DNA of 61,531 bases, taken from Actinomycetes bacterium (GTDB lineage Bacteria; Actinomycetota; Actinomycetes; Streptosporangiales; Streptosporangiaceae). The position numbers and the translations under genes are program-made. The notes below the pieces were generated by a model, which saw only the letters and a program-made list of their open reading frames with translations, was not told the DNA's origin and did no database searches. Positions 46,524 to 55,771 of the stretch are shown here, piece by piece. Position 1 is the stretch's first letter. Each line of letters begins with the position of its first letter. The stretch covers positions 1-61,531 of the forward strand of contig JAOPYM010000057.1 of NCBI GenBank assembly GCA_025964615.1, given 5' to 3'.

Positions 46524-47120
46524 ATGATGAGCGACTTCGACAACGCGTCATACTCCGCGAACGGAGACGGCGGCGACAGCACACGTGCCGAGGTCCGTTC
46601 GATGCCGTTCTTCCCTGCCCCGCCCGGCGGACCGCAGCCGGTCATGCCGCTGGCCGCACCGACCTCGGCCCCCGCCTCTGCGCCTGCTGCCGCGAACCCC
46701 GGGCGGCATATGCAGCCGGCCCAGAACCCGGTGGCGGAACCGCCCGCGCTGGACGCCCCGCGCAAGCCACATGCCTCCACGGTCCGCGAGGAGCCCACGG
46801 CCGTCGTGAAGGGCCGGATCAAGATCGAAGACCGGGTCGTCGAGAAGGTCGCCGCGCTGGCCGCCCTGGAGGTCACCGGGGTCGCGGCGCTGGCCGGGGA
46901 GGTGCCAGGGGCCGAAGCGCCCGGGGTCAAGGCCAGCGTCCGCGATACCGAGGTCTCCGTGGACGTCACCGTCGTGGTCGACTACGGCAGCGTCGTGATG
47001 GACGTCGCCAAGACCGTCAAGAACAACGTGGCCAGGGTCGTGGGCGTGATGCTCGGCCTCAAGGTCACCGAGGTGAACGTCACCGTCGACGACGTGCGGA
47101 TGCCCGGCGCGGAGGCCTGA
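46524..47120 (+). CDS. Asp23/Gls24-family envelope-stress protein with a disordered Pro/Ala-rich N-terminus
   Basis: ATG 46524 after GACGAGGGG. C-terminal Asp23 core IEDRVVEKVAALAALEVTGV...VTEVNVTVDDV. Confidence 0.8.
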   Translation: MMSDFDNASYSANGDGGDSTRAEVRSMPFFPAPPGGPQPVMPLAAPTSAPASAPAAANPGRHMQPAQNPVAEPPALDAPRKPHASTVREEPTAVVKGRIKIEDRVVEKVAALAALEVTGVAALAGEVPGAEAPGVKASVRDTEVSVDVTVVVDYGSVVMDVAKTVKNNVARVVGVMLGLKVTEVNVTVDDVRMPGAEA

Positions 47121-47123
47121 GGC

Positions 47124-47585
47124 TCATTTCAGCGCGCAGGTCTGTGAGCCCGCCGAAGTGATCACGGTGACGCCGATGTGCCTTGTGATACTCGCGGGTA
47201 CCCCAGAGAACTCGAACACGTGCGGTCCCTGCTCGCCCTGCGGCGAGGCCCCATGGGTCAGCGTTCCCTTGCCCTGCGCCTCGACATAGGCCGAGACGAG
47301 CAGCGCGGCGGGCGGCGGCAGGACGCTGACCTTGACCGTGTCCCCGGCGCGCGCGTAGGAGGCCTCGGCGCCGTCGCACTGGATCGCCCCCTTGCCACCG
47401 GCGGGCGTGGGCTGCCCGGCCGTGGCCGTACCCCCCGGCGCCGGGGGGCCCGCAGGTACGGCTCCGGCCTGCGGGCCGGGGCCACCGACGGGTCGCCACA
47501 CCAGCACCACGACGGCGACGGCCGTCAGCACGACCGCGCCTCCGTAGCCGAAGATCCTGATCCACAGCGTCGAGGGTGGCTTCAT
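47124..47585 (-). CDS. hypothetical membrane-anchored protein
   Basis: 153 aa: N-terminal TM helix, Pro/Gly/Ala linker, then a small domain with two Cys. Confidence 0.5.
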   Translation of the reverse strand: MKPPSTLWIRIFGYGGAVVLTAVAVVVLVWRPVGGPGPQAGAVPAGPPAPGGTATAGQPTPAGGKGAIQCDGAEASYARAGDTVKVSVLPPPAALLVSAYVEAQGKGTLTHGASPQGEQGPHVFEFSGVPASITRHIGVTVITSAGSQTCALK

Positions 47586-47643
47586 GATGCGGCAGAGACT
47601 ACTGCCTTCCCGGACCAGGGCGGGAAGGGCAGTAGCCCCATGC

Positions 47644-47886
47644 TCACTCGTCCGGCTCGTCCGTGCGCAGCCGGTCGAAGGTCTCGAAGATCTCCACGGC
47701 CTCCGGGCTGCCCGCGTCGCAGGACCGGCAGTAGGTGATGGGCACGAAGGGCGTGCCGATGGCCGGGTCGATGGGCATCGCCGCCACGATCACATCGTGG
47801 CCTCCGCACGTCTCGCACCGCCGGGGTGCCCGCTCCGCTTCGGCCGCGATATGCCGCGCCACCGCCTCGATGTACCGATCGTCCAT
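47644..47886 (-). CDS. small hypothetical Cys4 (CxxC...CxxC) protein
   Basis: ATG 47886 after GAAAGGGG, 80 aa, with CETC and CRSC pairs suggesting a zinc ribbon. Confidence 0.5.
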   Translation of the reverse strand: MDDRYIEAVARHIAAEAERAPRRCETCGGHDVIVAAMPIDPAIGTPFVPITYCRSCDAGSPEAVEIFETFDRLRTDEPDE

Positions 47887-48057
47887 GATCTGCGCCCCTT
47901 TCGGAGGACCGCATCGGCTGCACGGGTCCCGCTCATGTGCGGGGCCTTGGGGTCCCAGTGTGCTCAACCGAACACGATCCGGGGCCAAGACGCCCACAAA
48001 TGGGTATGTCTTTCTTCCCTCCGCCTTCCCACCCCCCGGAGGGGCCCCGGACGCGGG

Positions 48058-50016
48058 TCACACCTGGACGCGGTCCGCGACGGCCTTCACGATCTCGGCG
48101 ATGGCCTCGTCGACCGGGATGCCGTTGCGCTGCTCGCCGTTGCGGTAGCGGAAGGAGACTGCGCCCTTTGCGACATCCTCGTCCCCGGCCAGCAGCATGA
48201 ACGGCACCTTGGACTTCTGGGCGTTGCGGATCTTCTTCTGCATCCGATCGCCTGAGGAGTCGACCTCCACCCGGATCCCGGCCGCCTTGAGCCCTACCGC
48301 CACCTCGTCGAGGTAGGGGATGTGCTCGTCGGCGATCGGGATGCCGATGGCCTGGACGGGGGCCAGCCACGGCGGCATCGCTCCCGCGTAGTGCTCGAGG
48401 AGCACCCCGAAGAACCGCTCGATCGACCCGAACAGCGCCCGGTGGATCATGACGGGCTGCTGCCGGGTACCGTCGGCGGCCTGGAACTCCAGCTCGAACA
48501 GCTTGGGCTGGTTGAAGTCCACCTGGATGGTCGACATCTGCCAGGTCCGGCCGATGGCGTCCTTGACCTGTACGGAGATCTTCGGGCCGTAGAAGGCCGC
48601 GCCGCCCGGGTCGGGTACCAGGTCCAGGCCGGAGCTCTCAGCGGCCTGCCGGAGCGTCTCGGTGGCATCCGCCCAGTCCTCGTCGGAGCCGATGGACTTC
48701 TCCGGGTCGCGGGTGGACAGCTCCAGGTAGAAGTCGTCCAGGCCATAGTCGCGGAGCAGGTCCAGGACGAACTGCAGCAGCGACTTGAGCTCGCCCTGCA
48801 TCTGCTCGCGGGTGCAGTAGATGTGCGCGTCGTCCTGGGTCATCCCCCGGACCCGGGTGAGGCCGTGCACCACGCCGGACTTCTCGTACCGGTAGACGGT
48901 GCCGAACTCGAACAGCCGCAGCGGCAGCTCCCGGTAGGACCGCCCGCGCCCCCGGAAGATCAGGTTGTGCATCGGGCAGTTCATCGGCTTCAGGTAGTAC
49001 TCGGCGCCTTCCAGTTCCATCGGCGGGAACATGCCGTCCTTGTACCAGTCCAGGTGCCCTGAGGTCTCGTACAGGGTGCCCTTGGTGATGTGCGGGGTGT
49101 TGACGAAGGAGTAGCCGCCCTCCTCGTGCCGCTTGCGCGAATAGTCCTCCATGACCCGCCGGATCACTCCGCCCTTGGGATGGAAGACCGGCAGCCCGGA
49201 ACCCAGCTCGGTCGGGAACGAGAACAAGTCCAGCTCGGCACCGAGCTTGCGGTGGTCGCGCTTCTCGGCCTCCTCCAGGCGCTTGAGGTATTCGTCCTGC
49301 TTGTCGCGGGATTCCCAGGCGGTGCCGTAGATCCGCTGCAGCTGCGGGTTCTTCTCGCTGCCGCGCCAGTACGCGCCGCCGGAACGCATCAGCTTGAACG
49401 CCGGGATGGTACGGGTGGTGGGCAGGTGCGGGCCCCGGCAGAGGTCCTTCCAGCACAGGTCGCCGGTCTTGGCGTCCACGTTGTCGTAGATGGTCAGCTC
49501 GGCGCCGCCCACCTCCACGCTCTCCTCCGCGTCCCCGCCACCTTTGAGCCCGACCAGCTCCAGTTTGTACGGCTCGTCCGCGAGCTCTGCTCTGGCGTCC
49601 TCGTCGGAGACGACACGGCGCTCGAAGCGCTGGCCCTGCTTGACGATCTCCCGCATCCGCTTCTCGATGTTCTTGAGCTGGTCGGGGTGGAACGGCTCGG
49701 CCACGTCGAAGTCGTAGTAGAAGCCGTTCTCCACGGGCGGGCCGATGCCGAGCTTCGCCTCGGGGAACAGCTCCTGTACGGCCTGGGCCATCACGTGCGC
49801 GGTCGAGTGCCGCAGGATGTCCCGGCCGTCCTTGGACTCGATGGCGACGGGCTCGACGTGGTCGCCCTTGCGGACCTGGTAGGCCAGGTCACGCAGCGCG
49901 CCGTTGACCCGGGCGGCGATGACCGACCGGCCGTCGGCCTCGAGCGCGGCGCCGGCGGTCGTGCCCGCCGCCACCACACGCTCGCCGCCGTCGAGGGTGA
50001 TGTGCAGCTCAGACAC
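48058..50016 (-). CDS. thrS: threonine--tRNA ligase
   Basis: GTG 50016 lies 5 nt after AAGGAG. N-terminal TGS-like [11 protein letters not shown], plus CRGPHL and [11 protein letters not shown] motifs. The 93-codon upstream extension in the track looks non-coding. Confidence 0.95.
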   Translation of the reverse strand: MSELHITLDGGERVVAAGTTAGAALEADGRSVIAARVNGALRDLAYQVRKGDHVEPVAIESKDGRDILRHSTAHVMAQAVQELFPEAKLGIGPPVENGFYYDFDVAEPFHPDQLKNIEKRMREIVKQGQRFERRVVSDEDARAELADEPYKLELVGLKGGGDAEESVEVGGAELTIYDNVDAKTGDLCWKDLCRGPHLPTTRTIPAFKLMRSGGAYWRGSEKNPQLQRIYGTAWESRDKQDEYLKRLEEAEKRDHRKLGAELDLFSFPTELGSGLPVFHPKGGVIRRVMEDYSRKRHEEGGYSFVNTPHITKGTLYETSGHLDWYKDGMFPPMELEGAEYYLKPMNCPMHNLIFRGRGRSYRELPLRLFEFGTVYRYEKSGVVHGLTRVRGMTQDDAHIYCTREQMQGELKSLLQFVLDLLRDYGLDDFYLELSTRDPEKSIGSDEDWADATETLRQAAESSGLDLVPDPGGAAFYGPKISVQVKDAIGRTWQMSTIQVDFNQPKLFELEFQAADGTRQQPVMIHRALFGSIERFFGVLLEHYAGAMPPWLAPVQAIGIPIADEHIPYLDEVAVGLKAAGIRVEVDSSGDRMQKKIRNAQKSKVPFMLLAGDEDVAKGAVSFRYRNGEQRNGIPVDEAIAEIVKAVADRVQV

Positions 50017-50078
50017 GGTGACTCCTTGATCGAAGATGGATTGGGTCGATGCTATCGAGAGGTGCTCTGGAAACACGG

Positions 50079-50106
50079 GAGGCCCCGGGATCACTCCCGG
50101 GGCCTC
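50079..50106 (-). promoter_or_regulatory. 12-bp perfect GC hairpin in the thrS leader
   Basis: GAGGCCCCGGGA-TCAC-TCCCGGGGCCTC. On the minus-strand RNA it is followed by CCGUGUUUCC, about 62 nt upstream of the thrS start. Confidence 0.45.
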
Positions 50107-50227
50107 ACCGCTGCGTTGACAGGTCAGAGCATGCGGATGATGCGCCGGGGCGTACCCGGCGTCGTCGTCTCGAACATGCCCGCCATACACCGATCCTAGC
50201 GGAAGCCGGTACGGAGCCGCTAAGTCC

Positions 50228-50549
50228 TGTCCCGTGGATCTGCGCGGGACAGTCCGGGTTACGGTCGTACCCGTCCGGCGTGGTCCCGGAACCACCCGAT
50301 GGGCGGTCCGGATCTCATCCGGGGTCGGTACGGCGCACTATCCGGCACTTCGCCGAGCAGAGGCCGACCCCGCCTGAAAAGGCGAGGTCAGGCTGCCGCC
50401 GGGCCCCGTTCCCGAAGGCGCGAGACCACTACATGACGGTTGACTCGGGCGGGGCCACTCACAGCCCCACACGGATCAGACAACCTGCCTGACCCGCGAA
50501 ACCAACTCTGTCAGAGCCCACCGACAAAACGCAACAGATCCACGGGACA
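50228..50549. repeat. 15-bp perfect inverted repeat pair flanking about 290 bp of non-coding DNA
   Basis: TGTCCCGTGGATCTG at 50228-50242 and its exact reverse complement CAGATCCACGGGACA at 50535-50549. The left copy also forms a local 8-bp hairpin with CGGGACAG at 50245-50252. Confidence 0.7.
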
Positions 50550-50553
50550 CGCC

Positions 50554-51615
50554 CTAGCTGACGCGGCGGAGGAGCTCCTCACCGTCGACGTGCGCGGCGA
50601 ACAGCCGCAGCGCGAGGTCGTTCTTGCCGGTGGCCGATGGGCTGAACCGGCCTTCGACGGCCGAAAGCCGCACGGCCGTGTCGAATGTGTCGTCCTCTGT
50701 GATGATCACCGGCAGGTGCACTACAAGCCCGTCGAACAGCCGGGCGACGGGGTCGGGCAGCTCCATGCCGCCGCTCAGGATCACTCCGGACAGGGCGGGG
50801 AAGGTGGTCGCACCATGGGCGGCGATCAGGCCGGGCAGCAGGCCCGCGGCCCGGTCGGCGGGCATGATGACGCAGACCCCCTCGGTGAGCCGTTCGAGGA
50901 TGTTAGGCAGGGACATGGCGCCGATCATGAGCCCGGAGACCTCGCGGTTCAGCTGCCGTTCGTCGCCGAGCAGCAGATGTCCCTGGCACGCGCTCATCAG
51001 GTCGCTGATGGTGGGGGCGGACAGGCGTGGCTCCTCGGGCATGAGGAAGACCGGCGGTTCGGCATCCGGGCGGCGAAGCCGCGCCCGGCCGGCCGGCATG
51101 TGCCGGGGATCGGCCCTGGTCACCACGGTGCCCAGCTCGACGGCGTGTTCGCGGCGGAGCTCCCGGCGGCACATCTCGACCGCGGAGGCGATCTGTTCGG
51201 CCGTCCGGCCCAGCCCGTTGACCACCAGCAGCACCGGTGCGCCGAGCCGGGCTGCGACGATGGCGTTGAACGCGAACTCGGTGGGAGCGCCCACATCCGT
51301 GTAGTCGGTGCCGACGATCACGACGGCGTCGCACTGCCCTGCCAGCACCCGGTAGCGCGCCTCGATCTCCGCGATGGCCCGTTCGGGATCCTGGTGTACC
51401 GCCTCGTAGGTCACCCCGGTCGCGCTGTGCTCGAGCCCGAACCGGGCCTTGATCGTCTCGATCAGCCCGTCCGCACGGCCGGGGAGCACGACCGGACGGA
51501 AGATCCCTAGTCGGCCGGGCCTGCGGACCAGGAGCTCGGAGATGCCGAGGGCGACGGCCCCCTTCCGGGTGGCCGCGTCACCGGCCGCGAGGTACACCAC
51601 TGAGGTCATGGACAT
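50554..51615 (-). CDS. stand-alone phosphotransacetylase N-terminal-like protein (P-loop-like plus DRTGG regulatory region), with no PTA catalytic domain
   Basis: About 353 aa that resemble (from my memory of E. coli Pta) the N-terminal ~350 residues of long Pta enzymes (e.g. GVILSGG...LPVIITEDDTFDTA). Ends about where the catalytic domain would begin. Start ATG 51615 or 51609. Confidence 0.7.
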   Translation of the reverse strand: MSMTSVVYLAAGDAATRKGAVALGISELLVRRPGRLGIFRPVVLPGRADGLIETIKARFGLEHSATGVTYEAVHQDPERAIAEIEARYRVLAGQCDAVVIVGTDYTDVGAPTEFAFNAIVAARLGAPVLLVVNGLGRTAEQIASAVEMCRRELRREHAVELGTVVTRADPRHMPAGRARLRRPDAEPPVFLMPEEPRLSAPTISDLMSACQGHLLLGDERQLNREVSGLMIGAMSLPNILERLTEGVCVIMPADRAAGLLPGLIAAHGATTFPALSGVILSGGMELPDPVARLFDGLVVHLPVIITEDDTFDTAVRLSAVEGRFSPSATGKNDLALRLFAAHVDGEELLRRVS

Positions 51616-51746
51616 ATTGTGCCGTCCACCGGGCCCGCCCCGGAGCCCCGGCGGACGGCTCGTCACGCGACGGCACCCCGGCGCCGCAGCTCAGGAAGGA
51701 CGCCAGCACCGCCTCGAAGCTGTTCAGCGGAGGTCTGCGGTGTTCG

Positions 51747-52139
51747 TCACCGGGTTACGGGCAGGCCCTCGGCGGCCCATGCCTTGAAGCCGCCGGTCAG
51801 GTCGGTCGCCCGGGCCAGCCCCAGGTCCTGCAGGGCGGCGGCGGCGAGGCTGGAGGTGTAGCCCTCGGAACAGAACACGATGACCCTGACGTCATAACCG
51901 GTGGCCTCGGCGATCCGGGCGTCCGACTCCGGGTCGAAGCGCCACTCGAGATGGTTGCGCTCGATGAGCAGCGCGCCTGGGATCTCCCCCTCTGCCGCCC
52001 GCTGAACGGCCGGCCTGATGTCCACCAGAAGCGCGTCCTTCTCCTGGTACGCCGCGCGGGGCCCCACTCTGTGCAGGCGAGAACGGGCGGCCGCCAGGAT
52101 CTCGTCGATCGAACGCGCTCCCGCGGGCCTGCCGGTCAC
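51747..52139 (-). CDS. rhodanese-domain sulfurtransferase
   Basis: Active-site loop VIVFCSEGYTSS. GTG 52139 forms a GTGA overlap with the stop of the upstream cupin gene. Confidence 0.85.
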   Translation of the reverse strand: MTGRPAGARSIDEILAAARSRLHRVGPRAAYQEKDALLVDIRPAVQRAAEGEIPGALLIERNHLEWRFDPESDARIAEATGYDVRVIVFCSEGYTSSLAAAALQDLGLARATDLTGGFKAWAAEGLPVTR

Positions 52140-52597
52140 CAGTCCTCCGCACTCTCGGCGGCCAGGAGCACAAGGCGCCCGTCGCCGTCGAGGTCGTACC
52201 GGTTCATGACGCTGAGCGGCGGTGAGTAGACGTGCACGCTCACCGCCGGAGCGTCTGATTCGTTCCGCACATCGTGAATGTACCCGGGCCCGAAAGCCCG
52301 TACTTGCCCGGCGGACACGGTTCTCCCGCCGGCGACCCGGTGTTCGTCGAGTGAGCCGAGAGCGACGGCGAAGGCCCCCGAGGCCCCGCCGTGGTCGTGC
52401 AGGCCCGTGGCATGGCCCGGCAGCCAGCTGATCAGCCAGATCTCGTGCTCGGCGTCGGAGTGCAGGCGCTCGTACCAGCGCCCGTCGGTGCTCAGCCGGA
52501 CCCGGTGGATCCACTCCTCGGGACGGCCGGCGATGGCCTGGGCGCGCTCGGCCAGCTGAGCCGGGCCGAGCACACGCGGCTCGAAAGTAGTCGTCAT
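52136..52597 (-). CDS. cysteine dioxygenase-like cupin
   Basis: ATG 52597. Cupin metal motif SWLPGHATGLHDHGGASGAF...HDVRN. Confidence 0.8.
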   Translation of the reverse strand: MTTTFEPRVLGPAQLAERAQAIAGRPEEWIHRVRLSTDGRWYERLHSDAEHEIWLISWLPGHATGLHDHGGASGAFAVALGSLDEHRVAGGRTVSAGQVRAFGPGYIHDVRNESDAPAVSVHVYSPPLSVMNRYDLDGDGRLVLLAAESAEDW

Positions 52598-52678
52598 GGT
52601 CCACAGAGGATGACAAAAATTCCCTACTAAGTCAACCGGAAATATGTGAAGCCTTGGAATCCCTAGGCTGAGGGAAGG

Positions 52679-53929
52679 ATGATCCAGGACCGAGAGACCA
52701 CGACGGCCGAATATCTGGCGTATGCGGTACGCGACGTAGCCAGCACGCGCAAGGAACCGACGCGCGTTCTGCTCTGGCCGGAGTCGGCCAGGGTTCGCCT
52801 GTGGACCTTCCTGGCGTCGGCAGTGCTCGCGATCGGCTTCTCCGCGGGTTCCATCATCGTGTACATCAACCTGATGACGTCCGGGATCAGCCAGGCCTGG
52901 CTGCTCGGGCTGACCCAGTGCATCCCGCTGCTCATCACCCCCCGCTGGCCACTGGTCGCCTGGCGGATCATGGCAGCCGGGATGTTCACGGCCACCCTGG
53001 TGGTCGACCCGGCCCACGAATTCTGGCCGTGGCCGACCACCTCGTTCCTCGCGATGACCGTCGTGCTGTTCGCCGTGGGCACCTCCTACCCGCGCCGCGT
53101 CTCGGTCGGAGTGGGTCTGGTCACCGTCGCCGGTCCGATCGGTTCCGCACTCCTGATCGACCACATGCAGCTGTGGTTCGGTCTCATCCTGATCGGGGTG
53201 ATCATCGTCATGCTGGTCGCCGGAGACGCGCTCAGCGGCCGGTTCGCGGCCGAGGCGAGCCTGGCCGAGCAGGCCGAACTGCGCCGCCAGGACCTGGCCA
53301 GGCAGGCCGTCCTGGAGGAGCGCGCCCGAATCGCCCGCGAACTGCACGACGTCGTCGCCCACCACATGTCAGTGATCGCGCTGCAGGCAGAGGCCGCGCC
53401 GTACAAGATCTCAGAGCTGCCGCTCGCCGCGCTGGAGACCTTCGGCGTGGTCAGGGACGCCGCGCGTGAGGCGCTGACCGAGACCCGCCGGATCGTCGGC
53501 CTGCTGCGCGAGGACAGCGAGACGGCCGAGCGGGTGCCGCAGCCCGGCCTGGATCGGCTGGCCGAGCTCACCGACCGGGCGCGAGACGCCGGGCTGACCG
53601 TCGAGACCACCGTCATCGGGCTGCCCCGGCCCTTGCCCGCCGGGGTGGACCTGTCGGCCTACCGGATCGTGCAGGAGTCCCTGAGCAACGCCTCCCGGTA
53701 CGCGCCTGGGGCGGACGTGCGCGTCCAGATCAGGTACGGCACCCGGACCCTCGACGTGACGGTACGCGACGACGGGGCCCGGGGGGTCCCTGAGGAGTCC
53801 GGGGGTGGGCACGGCCTGGTCGGCATGCGCGAGCGGGTGTCCATGCTGGGCGGGACCCTCGCCACTGGCGATCATCTGCACACCCAGGGCTGGACCGTTC
53901 ACGCGGAGCTGCCCTACGGCGACAGCTGA
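52679..53929 (+). CDS. sensor histidine kinase (HisKA_3 / NarL-partner type)
   Basis: Multiple N-terminal TM segments, H-box RIARELHDVVAHHMSVI, G-box GHGLVGMRERV. Confidence 0.9.
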   Translation: MIQDRETTTAEYLAYAVRDVASTRKEPTRVLLWPESARVRLWTFLASAVLAIGFSAGSIIVYINLMTSGISQAWLLGLTQCIPLLITPRWPLVAWRIMAAGMFTATLVVDPAHEFWPWPTTSFLAMTVVLFAVGTSYPRRVSVGVGLVTVAGPIGSALLIDHMQLWFGLILIGVIIVMLVAGDALSGRFAAEASLAEQAELRRQDLARQAVLEERARIARELHDVVAHHMSVIALQAEAAPYKISELPLAALETFGVVRDAAREALTETRRIVGLLREDSETAERVPQPGLDRLAELTDRARDAGLTVETTVIGLPRPLPAGVDLSAYRIVQESLSNASRYAPGADVRVQIRYGTRTLDVTVRDDGARGVPEESGGGHGLVGMRERVSMLGGTLATGDHLHTQGWTVHAELPYGDS

Positions 53930-53973
53930 GCGCCGGGGCCGATAAGGCCCAAGCCTCGCGCGGGCAGATTAGG

Positions 53974-54636
53974 GTGCGAGGCGTGACCATACGAGTACTG
54001 ATCGCCGATGACCAGGTGATGATCAGGGACGGGCTCGCGACCCTGCTGGCTTCCGCTCCGGACATCGACGTGATCGGGCAGGCCGGAAACGGGCGGGAGG
54101 CTGTGGACCTGACCCGGTCGCTGCATCCGGATGTGGTGGTCATGGACGTACGGATGCCCGAACTGGACGGGCTGGCCGCCACGGCGGAGATCGTCGAGGA
54201 CCCCTCGGCCAAGCCCCGGGTGCTGATGCTCACCACTTTCGACCTCGACGAGTACGTCTACGAGGCGCTTGCCGCGGGGGCGAGCGGTTTCCTGCTGAAG
54301 GACGCTTCGGCCGAGGACCTGATCTCGGGCGTACGCATCGTGGCGGCCGGTGACGCCCTCCTCGCGCCCTCGATCACCCGGCGTTTGATCGGCGACTTCG
54401 CCCGCCGCAGGCGGCACGAGCGGCTCAGTCCCGCGGCCACCGCATCCCTTACCCCACGGGAGATCGACGTGCTGCGGCTGATCGCCCGCGGGTTGTCGAA
54501 CTCGGAGATCGCCGGTGAATTGTGCTTGGCGGAACAGACCGTTAAGACACATGTAGGTCATGTGCTGACTAAACTCTCTTTGCGCGACCGCACCCAGGCC
54601 GTCGTGTACGCCTATGAGAACGGCCTTGCCGGCTGA
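53974..54636 (+). CDS. LuxR/NarL-family response regulator
   Basis: Receiver region VLIADDQ...DVVVMDVRMPELDG and HTH LSNSEIAGELCLAEQTVKTHV. The start may be GTG 53983. Confidence 0.93.
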   Translation: MRGVTIRVLIADDQVMIRDGLATLLASAPDIDVIGQAGNGREAVDLTRSLHPDVVVMDVRMPELDGLAATAEIVEDPSAKPRVLMLTTFDLDEYVYEALAAGASGFLLKDASAEDLISGVRIVAAGDALLAPSITRRLIGDFARRRRHERLSPAATASLTPREIDVLRLIARGLSNSEIAGELCLAEQTVKTHVGHVLTKLSLRDRTQAVVYAYENGLAG

Positions 54637-54686
54637 GGCGTGTCCCATAGGCTGCGACGGCCGCTCCAGCAAGGGTGAGGTTCTGA

Positions 54687-55760
54687 TTGGGTTCCATCGC
54701 GTCGATCGGGGCCAAGATCCTCAAGGCTCTGGTCCTGAGTGGTGCTATCACCATCGGCACCACAGCCGGCGCCTGGCTGAACGGCACCGACCCGCATCAG
54801 GCGCTCCTGGGCCTGCCTGGCACCTCCGACTGGCGGGCGGCCGTGGCCGCGGTGGCCCCGGGCGTGCCGGCCCCCGACCCGCAGTCGTCATCCCCCGAGC
54901 AGGTACGGCGGTTCTTCTCCCGGCTGAGCGAGACCCAGCGGCAGGCGCTCACCCGGCGTGACCCCGGCGTCGTGGGCAACCTCGACGGCACCCCGGAGGC
55001 ACTGCGCTACGAGGCCAACGCGGCGGCCCATCTGCACACCCCGGGGAGGATCCTCGCGTACGACCCTCGCGGCCTGGGCCGGCTGATCGAGGTCTTCGGC
55101 GACCTCGACACCGCCGACCACGTCGCCGTGATGGTCCCCGGTGTTGGCTGGAACCTCAAGAAGGTGCTCTACAACAACCGGCCGGGCAAGGCCAACCCGG
55201 TCCTCGGCGCCGAGGCGCTCAACGCCGAGATGCAGCGCCTGCAGCCGGGTTCGCGCACAGCGGTGGTGATGTGGCTCGGCTACGACGCCCCCGAGGGCAT
55301 CGACCGGGAGGCCATGCGCTCGGAACGCGCCATCGACGGCGCCCCCGACCTGGCCCAGTTCCTGCGGGTGCTGCCCGGCTCATCCCGGATCACTCTGGTC
55401 GGCCACAGCTACGGCACCGTCGTGTGCGGCCGGGCCATCCGGCTCGCGCACGGCTCGCGGGTCGGGGACCTGGTCTCCCTGGCCTCCCCCGGGATGGACG
55501 CCGACACCTCCGCCGACCTGGGCGGCAGCGCCCGGGTCTGGGCGGCTCGGTCCTCGAACGACCCCATCGAGCTGACACCGCACGTGCGCCTGGGTGGCTT
55601 CGGCCACGGCGCCGACCCGGTGGACCCCGCCTTCGGCGCCAAGGTCTTCCGCACCGGCACGGCCCAGGGCCACGGCGACTACTACCTGCCCGGTACCGAG
55701 TCCCTCACCAACGTGGCCCGCATCACCCTCGGCCTCACCCACTCCGTCACCCTCGCCTGA
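54687..55760 (+). CDS. secreted alpha/beta hydrolase (DUF1023-like)
   Basis: TTG start 6 nt after AAGGGTGAGG. Signal-like N-terminus, GDLDTADHVAVMVPGVG and nucleophile elbow GHSYG. Confidence 0.8.
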   Translation: MGSIASIGAKILKALVLSGAITIGTTAGAWLNGTDPHQALLGLPGTSDWRAAVAAVAPGVPAPDPQSSSPEQVRRFFSRLSETQRQALTRRDPGVVGNLDGTPEALRYEANAAAHLHTPGRILAYDPRGLGRLIEVFGDLDTADHVAVMVPGVGWNLKKVLYNNRPGKANPVLGAEALNAEMQRLQPGSRTAVVMWLGYDAPEGIDREAMRSERAIDGAPDLAQFLRVLPGSSRITLVGHSYGTVVCGRAIRLAHGSRVGDLVSLASPGMDADTSADLGGSARVWAARSSNDPIELTPHVRLGGFGHGADPVDPAFGAKVFRTGTAQGHGDYYLPGTESLTNVARITLGLTHSVTLA

Positions 55761-55771
55761 CCTCCCGGTCA

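Noticed and set aside
50251-50258. AGTCCGGG resembling the RNase P RNA P4 motif
   Set aside because: The flanking sequence does not match GAGGAAAGTCCGGGC. The 3' P4 partner (ACAGAACCCGGCTTA-like) is absent, and the region is too short for rnpB.
50017-50295. 93-codon N-terminal extension of thrS in the ORF track (apt 25306-25482 and pgsA 39921-40157 have similar extensions)
   Set aside because: The extensions have non-coding-like composition. Strong SD-plus-start combinations and conserved protein N-termini occur at the internal starts chosen in the feature list.
50281-50300. T-box-like sequence GGGTGGTTCCGGG on the thrS-sense strand
   Set aside because: It resembles the T-box core GGGTGGTACCGCG but with two mismatches. 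It lies ~280 nt from the start codon, with no adjacent terminator or anti-terminator arrangement, and I could not find Stem I or specifier features. A covariance-model scan is needed to settle it.
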